A stretch of 35,523 bases of DNA from a virus. The DNA lies in the IMG/VR virus record IMGVR_UViG_3300045988_056051, positions 1 through 35,523 of that record. One strand, given 5' to 3'. Positions within the stretch are counted from its first letter, which is position 1; each line of letters opens with the position of its first letter. Position numbers and translations under genes: made by a program. The notes beneath the pieces were generated by a model that searched no databases, had not been told where the DNA came from, and worked only from the letters and a program-made list of their open reading frames with translations. Shown here in pieces: positions 20,738 through 29,882 of this stretch.

Positions 20738-21353
20738 CATCCGTGAGGACAGCGTTGAAATCGAGGGCTACGTCAACGCCGTCGAGCGAAACAGCAAGCC
20801 GCTGCTTTCGCGCATGGGCAAGTTCATCGAGCGAATCAAGAAGGGCGCGTTCGCGCGTGCCCTGAAGCGCAACGACGATGTTCACGTCCTGCTCAACCAC
20901 GACTGGCAGCGCGACCTCGGCAGCACCAAGAAGGGCAACCTCGAGCTGACCGAGGACAACATCGGGCTTCGCGCCAAATGCACCATTTCCGACAAGGAAG
21001 TCATGGAGATGGCGAAGCGCGGTGATTTGGTGGGCTGGTCTTTCGGTTTCTACGACCGAGACGTGAAGAACGGCGTCGAGAACGGCATGCTCACCCGCGA
21101 GGTGAACGACCTAGACCTCGAAGAGGTTTCCATCCTCGACCGCTCCAAGGTGCCAGCCTACGACGGCACGCTCATCATGGCACGCAGCGAGGATTCCGAG
21201 AACGACATGTTTCTGTCGGAATCCTTCGACGGGGATGCCGAACCGCCCGAGACGCGGGATGACGGACAGCAGCAGGAACCGCAGCAAGAACCGCAGCAGG
21301 AAATCAATTACGACAAGTACAAGGCAATGATTGCCGAGATGAAGGAGGGCTAA
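20727..21353 (+). CDS. Prohead maturation protease (HK97/S78 family)
   Basis: ATG at 20727 inside ORF 20586..21353. Motifs: VEIEGYVNAVERNS, VHVLLNHD, LGSTKKGNLELTEDNIGL, GDLVGWSFGF. The C-terminus is a low-complexity QQQEPQQEPQQE tail. Confidence 0.85.
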   Translation: MQINIREDSVEIEGYVNAVERNSKPLLSRMGKFIERIKKGAFARALKRNDDVHVLLNHDWQRDLGSTKKGNLELTEDNIGLRAKCTISDKEVMEMAKRGDLVGWSFGFYDRDVKNGVENGMLTREVNDLDLEEVSILDRSKVPAYDGTLIMARSEDSENDMFLSESFDGDAEPPETRDDGQQQEPQQEPQQEINYDKYKAMIAEMKEG

Positions 21354-21354
21354 C

Positions 21355-22536
21355 ATGCCGAAGATTTTCCACACCCGCTCCCTGAGCTACAAGAACCTCA
21401 TGGAGCTGAAGAACGACAAGATTGAGAAGGCCGAGAAGATTCTCGCCGACGCCGAGGTGAACAAGCGCGAGCTTACCGAGGACGAGGCCGCAGAGCTTGC
21501 AGAGATTCGCGACGATGTGAAGCGCATCAAGGAAGCGCTCAAGATTGGCGACGAGCTTGACGATTCCAAGGACAAGCAGCCGAAGCAGGAGCCTGCGCCC
21601 GCTGGCGGCGAGCCGAAGCCGACTCAGGAGCAGCAGGAGCGCCGCGCCTTCGAGAACTACATCCGTGGCCGCATCGTTCACGAGCGTGCTGGCGAGCTGA
21701 CCAAGACCGACAACGGTTCGGTCATCCCGACCACAATTGCCCAGCAGATTATCAAGAAGGTTTACGACATCTCTCCGATTCTTGAGAAGTCGCAGAAGTA
21801 CAACGTCAAGGGCAAGCTCCAGATTCCGTACTACGACACCACGGACGGCGGCATCACCGTTGCTTACGCCGAGGAGTTCAAGCCGCTGACTCCCAGCAAC
21901 GGCAAGTTCAAGAACATCGAGCTTGACGGCTTCCTAGCCGGTGCGCTTTCCAAGATTAGCAACTCGCTTATCAACAACAGCCAGTTCGACATCGTTTCCT
22001 TCGTGGTCAACCAGATGGCCGAGGATATCGCGCGTTTCATCGAGCACGAGCTGCTTATCGGCACGAGCGACAAGGTGACCGGCCTTTCCACCATGCAGAA
22101 CAAGGTGACCGCAGCGGCTGCTAACGCTATCACCTCCGACGAGGTTGTGAAGCTGAAGGACAGCATCAAGGACGTTTACCAATCCAACGCGATTTGGATT
22201 ATGTCCACTGCGACCCGCACGGCGCTCCGACTGCTGAAGGGTTCCGATGGCCACTACCTGCTTCAGGACGATATCACGTCCCCGTTCGGTTCCACGCTGC
22301 TCGGCAAGCCCGTGTACGTTTCCGACAACATGCCCGAAATCAAGGCTGACGCTACCGCAATCTACTACGGCGATATGACTGGCCTTGCCACTAAGTTCTC
22401 GGAGAACATCACGACGCAGGTTCTTCGCGAGAAGTACGCAGACGAGCACGCCACTGGCGTTGTCGCTTGGTTCGAGTTCGATTCCAAGGTGCAGAACGAG
22501 CAGAAGCTCGCCAAGCTGGTGATGGCCAGTGCATAA
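21355..22536 (+). CDS. Major capsid protein (HK97 fold) with N-terminal scaffolding-like coiled coil
   Basis: 393 aa. It has a delta-domain-like charged coiled coil (residues about 15-100), then a typical HK97-family body (FENYIRG..., TDNGSVIPTT, LAGALSKISNSLINNS, WIMSTATRTAL). Confidence 0.92.
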   Translation: MPKIFHTRSLSYKNLMELKNDKIEKAEKILADAEVNKRELTEDEAAELAEIRDDVKRIKEALKIGDELDDSKDKQPKQEPAPAGGEPKPTQEQQERRAFENYIRGRIVHERAGELTKTDNGSVIPTTIAQQIIKKVYDISPILEKSQKYNVKGKLQIPYYDTTDGGITVAYAEEFKPLTPSNGKFKNIELDGFLAGALSKISNSLINNSQFDIVSFVVNQMAEDIARFIEHELLIGTSDKVTGLSTMQNKVTAAAANAITSDEVVKLKDSIKDVYQSNAIWIMSTATRTALRLLKGSDGHYLLQDDITSPFGSTLLGKPVYVSDNMPEIKADATAIYYGDMTGLATKFSENITTQVLREKYADEHATGVVAWFEFDSKVQNEQKLAKLVMASA

Positions 22537-22705
22537 GGCGCTGAAGTCCTTCAGCGGCGCAATCTCGATGCACGAGGGCGAGACGCGCGAGATTGACAAC
22601 GCCGAGCTGGTGGCAGACCTGCTGAAGGCTGGCTACATCGAAGAGGTCAAGCCCAAGCGCGGCAGGAGCGTCAAGAAATCTGGGGAGCCGAATCCCCAAG
22701 AGTAA
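22529..22705 (+). CDS. Possible small head-associated protein (58 aa, or 45 aa from the ATG at 22568)
   Basis: Not in the ORF track (<60 aa). Starts at GTG 22529 or ATG 22568 and stops at taa 22703-22705. Sequence: ...SMHEGETREIDNAELVADLLKAGYIEEVKPKRGRSVKK... A hairpin CGCTGAAG/CTTCAGCG (22539-22556) lies between the two candidate starts. Confidence 0.4.
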   Translation: MHKALKSFSGAISMHEGETREIDNAELVADLLKAGYIEEVKPKRGRSVKKSGEPNPQE

Positions 22706-22717
22706 GGGGGAAACGAC

Positions 22718-23044
22718 ATGAACCAGATTGCGAAAGTCTCGGAGGTCACTTCGACCGACCTTGCGGAATACCTGCGGGTCGGCGAGGTGACTCCGTACGA
22801 GGATGGATACCTCAGCACTCTGATTGGCGCGTCGACAGCCTACATGTGCAAGTACACGGGTCTTACGACCGCGCAGCTTGACGAGTCTCAGGACTTCGTC
22901 CCAGTGCTTTTGGTGCTTTGCCAAGACATGTACGACAACCGCGCGCTGTACGTAGACTCCGCGAACGTCAACAGAATGGTGCAGAGCATCCTCGACATGC
23001 ACTCCGTCAACCTTCTTCCATCGGCGGTGAAGCAAGATGATTAA
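22718..23044 (+). CDS. Head-tail connector (gp6-like)
   Basis: 108 aa. TSTDLAEYLRVGEVTPYEDGYLSTLIGASTAYMCKYTG fits the gp6-like connector pattern. It is the first gene after the capsid. Confidence 0.75.
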   Translation: MNQIAKVSEVTSTDLAEYLRVGEVTPYEDGYLSTLIGASTAYMCKYTGLTTAQLDESQDFVPVLLVLCQDMYDNRALYVDSANVNRMVQSILDMHSVNLLPSAVKQDD

Positions 23045-23366
23045 CGCGGGGAAGTACAGCCACCGCATACAAATCGTCAAGCCTAAGGTATCGCACGACG
23101 CTGAGGGGTTCCCCACCACGGTTGACGAGCCTGTGCTGGAGGCCTATGCGAGCGTGAGAACGACGAGAGGCTACACGCTCATCAAGAGCGGCACGAGCTT
23201 CGAAGCGGCAACGACTAACTTCACGATTCGCTACCCGCCTGAAACGAGAATTGACCGCGATATGGTCGTTCTGTTCGGCGGAAGGCGATACGAGATTCAA
23301 TATCTCAATAACATCAACTACGCCAACGTAGAGCTTGAGATACAAGGAGCGGAGGTGACACACTGA
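23037..23366 (+). CDS. Head closure / head-tail adaptor protein (SPP1 gp16-like)
   Basis: 109 aa. Motifs: YSHRIQIVKP....DAEGFPT...VLEAYASV and RYEIQYLNNIN. Confidence 0.75.
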   Translation: MINAGKYSHRIQIVKPKVSHDAEGFPTTVDEPVLEAYASVRTTRGYTLIKSGTSFEAATTNFTIRYPPETRIDRDMVVLFGGRRYEIQYLNNINYANVELEIQGAEVTH

Positions 23367-23785
23367 TGGCAACATTTGACGAACAGCTCCCGACCGAGCT
23401 TATGGAGCAGTTCGAGTTCCTTGACAAGAACACCGACACGATGCTCAAGGAGATGACGCGCGAGGGGGCGAAGAAGGTCTTGGCGAACGTCAAGGCCAAC
23501 GTCCCGTCGAGCTTCATGAAGTCGGGCATCATGAAGTGCCTGAAGCTGACCCGCTCGTACAAAACGCCATCCGATGACGGCGTTGCCACCAAGGTCGCGT
23601 TCTACGGATACTTTTATAACGAGGACGGGACGAGAACGCCAGCGCCTTTGGTGTGCAACCTTTTCGAATACGGTCGCCACGGTTCGCCGTACCCTCGGCA
23701 CCCTTTCATGCGCCGCAGCTTCGTGAGCAGCGAAATCGAATCGGCAATGAAAAAGGTGCAGGACAAGTACCTGCCGAAGGGGTGA
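23366..23785 (+). CDS. HK97 gp10-family neck/tail-attachment protein
   Basis: 139 aa. GAKKVLANVKANVP... and FEYGRHGSPYPRHPFMRRSF match the gp10-like pattern. Its start overlaps the previous stop (TGATG). Confidence 0.65.
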   Translation: MATFDEQLPTELMEQFEFLDKNTDTMLKEMTREGAKKVLANVKANVPSSFMKSGIMKCLKLTRSYKTPSDDGVATKVAFYGYFYNEDGTRTPAPLVCNLFEYGRHGSPYPRHPFMRRSFVSSEIESAMKKVQDKYLPKG

Positions 23786-23789
23786 GCCG

Positions 23790-24137
23790 ATGAACGATGA
23801 AATAGTCAAGATTTTCGACGGCTTCACCGTCGGCGGCAAAGAGGTTCCCGTGCGGTTCATGGCCTACGAGGGACATGGCGAGCCTTACGTCATCTTCAGC
23901 CGCGAGTATGACGATAGCTCGTATTCCGGCGATGATTCATTGCTGGGGTACGTGACGTATTACGACTTCGATGTGTACAGCAAGGGCAACCACACTGCAC
24001 TCGTGGAAGCAGTCAAGAAGGTTCTCGAAGACGCGGGATGGACTTGGCAGCCGTCCCGCTCTTCTGGGGACATGTACGAGAGCGACACGGGATACTTCCA
24101 CGTGACGCTCAGTTTCGCAAAGGAAAGAGGGATTTAG
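23790..24137 (+). CDS. Tail completion/terminator-like protein (putative)
   Basis: 115 aa, lying between the gp10-like and major tail genes. No specific motif was recognised, so the call rests on synteny only. Confidence 0.5.
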   Translation: MNDEIVKIFDGFTVGGKEVPVRFMAYEGHGEPYVIFSREYDDSSYSGDDSLLGYVTYYDFDVYSKGNHTALVEAVKKVLEDAGWTWQPSRSSGDMYESDTGYFHVTLSFAKERGI

Positions 24138-24710
24138 ATGGCAAAAATCGGCCTTACTAACATCTGGTGGGGAAAACTCACTGAAGCCGAGGACGGAGCA
24201 CCGACCTACGATGGCGCGAAGTCTTTCGGCAAGGCGGTGTCCTGCAAGGTTTCCGTGACCAACAACGACGCGACGCTCTACGCAGAGGACGCTCTTGCCG
24301 AATCCGACAAGAGCTTCAACAGCGCGTCCGTGACGCTCGGTGTCTCCGACGATGATGACACGATTTTCGCGCCCATCCTCGGTCACACCGTCAATGACGC
24401 CTCGGAAGGCAAGGGCGAGATGGTGCGCAACGCCAACGACGTCGCACCGTACATCGGCCTCGGTCGCGTCATCACCAAGATGGTCAACGGCGCCCTGAAG
24501 TACAAGGGCGAGTTCCTGTACAAGGTCAAGTTCTCGGAGCCGTCGCAGGAAGACCAGACGAAGGGCGAGAAGGTCGACTTCAAGACGCCCGAAATCGAGG
24601 GGTCTGCGGCGAGCCTTGCGAACGGCAACTGGTCTGCTGCGCAGACGTTCGACACCAAGGAAGCCGCCGTCACCTGGGTCAAGGACAAGCTCAAGGCGGC
24701 CAGCGTCTAA
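24138..24710 (+). CDS. Major tail protein (phi13-like)
   Basis: 190 aa. The sequence MAKIGLTNIWWGKLTEAEDGAPTYDGAKSFGKAVSCKVSV..., the position, and the terminator after it fit a major tail tube protein. Confidence 0.8.
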   Translation: MAKIGLTNIWWGKLTEAEDGAPTYDGAKSFGKAVSCKVSVTNNDATLYAEDALAESDKSFNSASVTLGVSDDDDTIFAPILGHTVNDASEGKGEMVRNANDVAPYIGLGRVITKMVNGALKYKGEFLYKVKFSEPSQEDQTKGEKVDFKTPEIEGSAASLANGNWSAAQTFDTKEAAVTWVKDKLKAASV

Positions 24711-24735
24711 CGGCGCGGCCTAAAGGATGTGCGAT

Positions 24736-24770
24736 AATGGGTCATGGCAATCGCCGTGGCCCATTGTTTT
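24736..24770 (+). terminator. Terminator/attenuator after the major tail gene
   Basis: aatgggtcatggc (24736-24748) pairs with gccgtggcccatt (24753-24765), a 13-bp stem with two G-U pairs and loop aatc. It is followed by gtttt. Confidence 0.6.
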
Positions 24771-24787
24771 AAGGAGGAAGGAACTAC

Positions 24788-25135
24788 ATGAAAAGCAAGT
24801 TGCAGGTAATCGAGTACAAAGACAAGACGTACAAGCTCGCTTTCGACCTCAACGTCATGGAGGCAATCCAAGACGAGTACGGGAGCATCGAGGCGTGGGG
24901 CAAGCTCGTGGAGCCTGAAGATGGTGAGCCTAACATCAAGGCGCTCGTTTTCGGAGCCACGCAGATGATTAACGAGGGCATCGAAATCGCCAACGACGAG
25001 GACGGCACCGACGAGAAGCCGCTGACACATCGCAAGGTGGCCCGCATCCTGACGGCAGTCGGCCTTGAATCCGTGACGAGCAAGGTGCAGCAGACAGTGG
25101 TCGATTCAGCAGCAGATGATTCAAAAAACGCATAG
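24788..25135 (+). CDS. Tail assembly chaperone (G-like, zero-frame product)
   Basis: 115 aa, acidic, immediately upstream of the tape measure gene. It ends 6 nt after a slippery heptamer. Confidence 0.8.
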   Translation: MKSKLQVIEYKDKTYKLAFDLNVMEAIQDEYGSIEAWGKLVEPEDGEPNIKALVFGATQMINEGIEIANDEDGTDEKPLTHRKVARILTAVGLESVTSKVQQTVVDSAADDSKNA

Positions 25136-25380
25136 TCCACGACGAAGACGTGATTTTCGATTATGACCCGACCATTAACTTCGCGTGGTACTACTTCATC
25201 GGGCGGACGCGCTTGGGGCTTTCGTCCGACAGGGAAGTCGGGAGACTGACGCTCAGACGGTTTCGGGCGCTTTACCAAGCGTACAAGGACACGTTCGACA
25301 TCGAGACGCAGCTGAGGGCGAGCGGGTCGACGTATGCCAAACTCGAAGCGCAGTCAATGAGCGACGAGGAATGGTTTTAA
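24788..25380 (+). CDS. Tail assembly chaperone G-T fusion produced by a -1 frameshift at 25123-25129
   Basis: After the slip the reading is aaa aaa cgc ata gtc cac gac gaa gac gtg att ttc..., joining G to the 76-aa ORF (…IFDYDPTINFAWYYFIG...). That ORF has no SD or ATG of its own (only an internal GTG). Confidence 0.7.
25123..25129 (+). promoter_or_regulatory. -1 programmed ribosomal frameshift site (A AAA AAC)
   Basis: aaaaaac is in the X XXY YYZ register relative to frame 24788 (tca aaa aac gca tag). The -1 frame stays open from here through 25380 and is the frame of ORF 25150..25380. Confidence 0.75.
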
Positions 25381-25395
25381 CTAAGGGGTGGTTAT

Positions 25396-28077
25396 ATGGC
25401 AAGTTTCGGTGGCGCGGTCAAGCTGCAAGGCGAGAGCGCGTACCGCGCCGCGCTGCGCAACATCACGCAGAACCTCAAGGAGGTTTCATCCGAGCTGAAG
25501 CTCGTGTCCTCGCAGTACGACAAGAACGACATGAGCATCGAAGCGCTGACCGCGAAGCAGACGGCGCTGACCCATCGACTCGAAGAGCAGAAGGCGAAGC
25601 TTTCCACGCTGCGCGAGCAGTATGAGAAGATGGGCGGCGAGTACCAGCAAAACAAGGAGAAGCACGAGCAGCTGGTCGCTTCGTACAACCGCGAGAAGTC
25701 CGAGCTTGAACGTATCGGGCGCGAGCTAGGAACGACCTCGCCCGAGTACAAGCAGCAGGCGGAAGTGGTCGAGAAGCTGAAAGAGCAGGTCGATAAATCG
25801 ACCACGGCGAACGACCAGAACGAGCGCTCAATGTCGCGTATGCGCACGCAGATGAACAACGCGCAGGCGGACATAAACAAGACCGCGAGTGAAATCAAAG
25901 ACCTCGAATCGCAGATGGGCAAGTCCGCAACTTCAAGCGGCAAGCTCGGCGAATCGGTCGAGGAAGCCGGGGAGAAGGCGCGGAACGCAGAGGGCGGGTT
26001 CACCGTCCTGAAGGGCGCCCTTGCCAACCTCGCTGGCAACGTGATTCAATCCGCAATCAGCGGCATACAGAATCTCGTGGGCGAAGCCATCGACGGCTCG
26101 GACTCGCTCAAGAAGTTCGAGTCAACCATGAGCTTTGCTGGCTACGACGATTCGGCAATCTCCAAAGCAAAGGACGATATGAAGACGTACGCCGACCAGA
26201 CGGTGTACGACCTCGACACGGTTGCCAACACGACCGCGCAGTTGGCGGCAAACGGCATTCAGGACTACACGGGTCTGACGCAGGCCGCAGGCAATTTGAA
26301 CGCCGTCGCTGGCGGCAACGCCGACACGTTCAAAAGCGTGGCGATGGTTCTCACGCAGACGGCGGGCGCTGGCAAGCTCACGACGGAGAACTGGAACCAG
26401 CTCGCGGACGCGATTCCCGGCGCTTCCGGCAAGCTGCAAGAAGCGTTGCAGAAGAACGGCGCATACACGGGCAACTTCCGTGACGCTATGGAGAAGGGAC
26501 AAATCACAGCCGACGAGTTCAATCAGGCAATCATGGATTTGGGCTTCACCGACGCCGCACAGCAGGCCGCTACCTCCACGTCAACTTTCGAGGGCGCGGT
26601 GGGAAACATGCAGGCGGCTGTCACTGACGGTCTCATGCAAATTTACGATGCAATCGGCTCCGAGAACGTCACGGGCTTCATCAACTCAATCAGCGACGGC
26701 GTCTCCAAGGTCATCCCGCCAATCAAGAAGGGCATCTCGTGGCTGAAGGACAACCTTCCGACGATAGCTCCGCTGCTGGCGGGAATCTCCGCAGCGTTGG
26801 GCGGCATCATGGTCGCGCAGAAGGTCGAAGCGCTGGTTAGCGCGTTCAGAAGCTGGAAGGCCGCGACCGAGGGAATGACAGTGGCGCAGAAGCTTCTCAA
26901 CGCAGCGCAGCTCTCGTCCCCAATCGGGCTTGTGGTCGGGCTTGTCGCAGGGCTTATCGCCGCGATAGTCGTACTCTGGAACACCAACGAGGGTTTCCGA
27001 GACGCGGTCATGAACGTGTGGAATGGCATCAAGGACTTCATCGGCGATGCGGTTCAGGCAATCGGGGACTTCTTCTCTAACCTCGGCACAACAATCTCGC
27101 AGCTGCCGCAGATGTTCGCCGACTGGCTGAACAACGTCATCGCAACGGTTACCGGATGGGTTTCGGACATGGCATCGAACGCCGTGAGCGCCGGTTCGCA
27201 GTTCGTCGGCAACGTCATCAACTTCGTACAGAATCTTCCGTATAACATCGGCTACCTGCTGGGGACTGTCATCGGCAACGTCATCTCGTGGGTTTCCAAT
27301 ATGGCGAGCAACGCCGCTTCGGCTGGCTCGCAGTTCGTGGAGAACGCCATCAACTTCATCCAGAACCTTCCCGCGAACGTCGCGAGCTTCCTGAGCAACG
27401 TCATTTCCAACGTCGTCGGCTGGGCTTCGAACATGGCATCCAACGCTTCACGCGCTGGCTCGCAGTTCCTGAACAACGCAATCAACTTCGTCTCGCAGCT
27501 GCCCGGGCGCATCGCAAACTTCTTGGGCAACGTCATCTCGAACCTCGGTTCGTGGGCCGGGCAGATGGCGAGCAAGGGCGCAGCGGGCGCAAGGAGCATG
27601 TTCAACGCGGTGGTCAACGGGTTGGCCTCGCTGCCGGGTCGCGTTCTCAGCATCGGCGGTGACATTGTGCGCGGCATCTGGAACGGCATCAGCGGTGCCG
27701 CTGGATGGCTGGCTGGCCAGGTGAAGAGCTTCGCGTCCGGCATCCTCGACGGCATGAAGGACGCCCTCGGCATCCACTCGCCTTCGCGCCTGTTCCGCGA
27801 CCAAGTCGGCAAGTACATCGCCCAAGGCATCGGCGAGGGCTTCACCGACGAGATGGGCAGCGTTGTCGGCCAGATGCAGGACGCAATGCCCGACCCTTCG
27901 GCTTTCGTGAGCGACCAGCAGATTGCATACGGCGGCTATTCCGCAGCTGGGGTGGTTGCCAATTCCAGCGTAGTTGATGCGGTCATCGAAGCTTTGGAGC
28001 GCGTGCATATCGTGCTCGATGACGAGGTTGCCGGCAAGTTCGTGGAGCGCACGGTCACAAACGCGATTTACGCATAG
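25396..28077 (+). CDS. Tape measure protein
   Basis: 893 aa. It has an N-terminal coiled coil, hydrophobic central segments, internal 44-aa repeats, and sits after the G/GT genes. Confidence 0.93.
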   Translation: MASFGGAVKLQGESAYRAALRNITQNLKEVSSELKLVSSQYDKNDMSIEALTAKQTALTHRLEEQKAKLSTLREQYEKMGGEYQQNKEKHEQLVASYNREKSELERIGRELGTTSPEYKQQAEVVEKLKEQVDKSTTANDQNERSMSRMRTQMNNAQADINKTASEIKDLESQMGKSATSSGKLGESVEEAGEKARNAEGGFTVLKGALANLAGNVIQSAISGIQNLVGEAIDGSDSLKKFESTMSFAGYDDSAISKAKDDMKTYADQTVYDLDTVANTTAQLAANGIQDYTGLTQAAGNLNAVAGGNADTFKSVAMVLTQTAGAGKLTTENWNQLADAIPGASGKLQEALQKNGAYTGNFRDAMEKGQITADEFNQAIMDLGFTDAAQQAATSTSTFEGAVGNMQAAVTDGLMQIYDAIGSENVTGFINSISDGVSKVIPPIKKGISWLKDNLPTIAPLLAGISAALGGIMVAQKVEALVSAFRSWKAATEGMTVAQKLLNAAQLSSPIGLVVGLVAGLIAAIVVLWNTNEGFRDAVMNVWNGIKDFIGDAVQAIGDFFSNLGTTISQLPQMFADWLNNVIATVTGWVSDMASNAVSAGSQFVGNVINFVQNLPYNIGYLLGTVIGNVISWVSNMASNAASAGSQFVENAINFIQNLPANVASFLSNVISNVVGWASNMASNASRAGSQFLNNAINFVSQLPGRIANFLGNVISNLGSWAGQMASKGAAGARSMFNAVVNGLASLPGRVLSIGGDIVRGIWNGISGAAGWLAGQVKSFASGILDGMKDALGIHSPSRLFRDQVGKYIAQGIGEGFTDEMGSVVGQMQDAMPDPSAFVSDQQIAYGGYSAAGVVANSSVVDAVIEALERVHIVLDDEVAGKFVERTVTNAIYA
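27148..27675 (+). repeat. Four tandem 132-bp (44-aa) in-frame repeats inside the tape measure gene
   Basis: Units start at 27148, 27280, 27412 and 27544: VTGWVSDMASNAVSAGSQFVGNVINFVQNLPYNIGYLLGTVIGN; VISWVSNMASNAASAGSQFVENAINFIQNLPANVASFLSNVISN; VVGWASNMASNASRAGSQFLNNAINFVSQLPGRIANFLGNVISN; and a fourth, more diverged copy. Confidence 0.85.
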
Positions 28078-28089
28078 GAGGTGTTTCAT

Positions 28090-29160
28090 ATGATTAACTA
28101 CGTCGAGCTGAACGGCGAGAAGAGCACGAGCGTCAAGGGGCTGATAATCCAGTCCCTTCCGCCAATCAGCAAGCCGAAAATGCGCACGTCCATTGAGACA
28201 ATCGACGGACGCGACGGGGATGTAGTCACGAAGCTGGGCTATTCCGCCTACGACAAGCAGCTGAGCATCGGCCTTCACGGTGACTTCGACATCGACGATG
28301 CAATCTCGTTCTTCGATTCGGAGGGTGAGGTCGTTTTCGGCAACGAGCCAGACAAGTACTACCGCTACCAGATTCTCGACCAAATCGACTTCGAGCGCCT
28401 GATACGGTTCCGCACGGCTAAGGTGAAGTTGCACGTTCAGCCGTTCAAGTATGATGCGGTGGACAGGACTTTCGATATCGTTAACCAGTTCCTGCACGTC
28501 TGTGATTCGACGGTCAGCAAGTTCGGCATAACGGTCACTTCTAGCGACGGCAGCATCATGGTCGCTGGCAAGGCAACTAGCGATGTCGATATAGAGGTTC
28601 CAGTCGAGCGCATGCCGCTCTCTGGCAGCTACACACTCATCGCTTCGGCTAGCGGCAGCGCCGCTGGGTGCGCGCTAAGGCTCATCGACGGCTCACCGTC
28701 CAAGTCTTTCGGCGGCTCGTACATGGAGCTGAAGAGCAACGGCGATTCGACCATGACCGCGACGGCTGACTCGAACGCCGAGTATGACGCGCTCTGGCTC
28801 GACATTAGGGCCGGGACTTCTGTAGACTTCACGTTGAGCGTCACAATGGCGAGCAACAGCTTCAGCGAGATTTCGCTGACGAATCGCGGGAACGTCGTGT
28901 CAAGGCCGACCGTCACGGTGTACGGGAGCGGCAACGTCGAGCTTTCAATCAACGCGGTCACCGTGCTATCTTTCCTAATCGAAGGCGGCAGCATTACGGT
29001 AGATGCTGAGGAAATGAACGCGTACCATGGCGATGCCCTGATGAACCGACACGTCACGGGCGATTACGCCGACTTGCGCCTGAAAGTCGGCGAGAACGTC
29101 TTATCATGGAGCGGCGATGTTACCGGAATCAAGGTCGAAGATTTCTCGAGGTGGTTATGA
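28090..29160 (+). CDS. Distal tail protein (Dit) with C-terminal extension
   Basis: ORF 28081..29160 with the ATG at 28090, 8 nt after AGGAGG. N-terminal siphovirus tail-component pattern: ELNGEKS...LPPISKPKMRTSIETIDGRDGD...KYYRYQILDQIDFE...VKLHVQPFKYD. About 200 extra C-terminal residues follow. Confidence 0.75.
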   Translation: MINYVELNGEKSTSVKGLIIQSLPPISKPKMRTSIETIDGRDGDVVTKLGYSAYDKQLSIGLHGDFDIDDAISFFDSEGEVVFGNEPDKYYRYQILDQIDFERLIRFRTAKVKLHVQPFKYDAVDRTFDIVNQFLHVCDSTVSKFGITVTSSDGSIMVAGKATSDVDIEVPVERMPLSGSYTLIASASGSAAGCALRLIDGSPSKSFGGSYMELKSNGDSTMTATADSNAEYDALWLDIRAGTSVDFTLSVTMASNSFSEISLTNRGNVVSRPTVTVYGSGNVELSINAVTVLSFLIEGGSITVDAEEMNAYHGDALMNRHVTGDYADLRLKVGENVLSWSGDVTGIKVEDFSRWL

Positions 29161-29513
29161 TGCGAACTAATTTCACGATGGAGGACAAGTACATCCGCAT
29201 GACGCGCGGTGATACCCTTTCCTTCGGGATTCAGGTCTGCGACGAAGAGGGAGCGCCTTTCGGGCAGGATTTGGAGCGAGCCTATTTCACCTGCAAATCC
29301 AACCGCAGTGACAACCGATTCCTCTTCAAGAAGTCTCTTTCGGACGGCGTTTCCAAGGTCGGTCAGGGTTCTTACGTTGTGCGGGTCGCGCCGAGCGACA
29401 CGGCAAACGCGAAACCCGGGAAGTACTTCTACGACTTCGAAATCGGCTGCAACGGCGATGTTTTCACGGTCATGCGCGGGGTCATCGAAATCATGCAGGA
29501 CATTACTTTCTAG
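29157..29513 (+). CDS. Hypothetical tail-associated protein (118 aa)
   Basis: The ATG at 29157 overlaps the Dit stop (ATGA). Sequence: MMRTNFTMEDKYIRMTRGDTLSFGIQV...GKYFYDFEI..., a beta-rich pattern. Confidence 0.65.
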   Translation: MMRTNFTMEDKYIRMTRGDTLSFGIQVCDEEGAPFGQDLERAYFTCKSNRSDNRFLFKKSLSDGVSKVGQGSYVVRVAPSDTANAKPGKYFYDFEIGCNGDVFTVMRGVIEIMQDITF

Positions 29514-29524
29514 GAGGTGTTTGA

Positions 29525-29869
29525 ATGGCGAAGATAGACGAGACCGTCAAGGTGATGCTCCTCAAAGGGGAAGCTGGAGCGAGCATCGAGTCAATCTACA
29601 AGACCGCTTCGGACGGCCTTGTAGATACGTACACCGTCAAGATGACTGACGGGACGGAGAGCAGTTTCTACGTCAAGAACGGGCGCGACGGCGAGAAGGG
29701 CGAGAAGGGAGACACCGGAAGCTCAATCTCGGTGCCCGTTTCTGGACTTTTCAACCTTGGCGTCGATTCTGACGGAAATCTAATCGCAAGCTATAATGAT
29801 GCAGGCACGGGCGAAGCACCCAAGTTCGAATATGACCGCGAGAGCGGAAACGTATACTACATAATCTAG
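29525..29869 (+). CDS. Short fibre-module protein (shared N-module, mini collagen stretch, shared C-module)
   Basis: 114 aa with an AGGAGG SD. N-module: GASIESIYKTASDGLVDTYTVKMTDGTESSFYVKNG. Then GEKGEKGDTG. C-module: VPVSGLFNLGVDSDGNLIASYNDA...PKFEYDRESGNVYYII. Confidence 0.8.
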   Translation: MAKIDETVKVMLLKGEAGASIESIYKTASDGLVDTYTVKMTDGTESSFYVKNGRDGEKGEKGDTGSSISVPVSGLFNLGVDSDGNLIASYNDAGTGEAPKFEYDRESGNVYYII

Positions 29870-29882
29870 ATGGGGGTATTCT

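Noticed and set aside
27448-28497. 349-aa ORF on the - strand, along with other long antisense ORFs (25392..26039, 27252..27845, 9489..10100, 3024..3743, 21934..22599, 22409..23119, 23318..23860, 15376..15888)
   Set aside because: All lie opposite confidently identified + strand genes (tape measure, Dit, capsid, connectors, ParB, Sak). Every real gene outside the lysogeny module is on the + strand.
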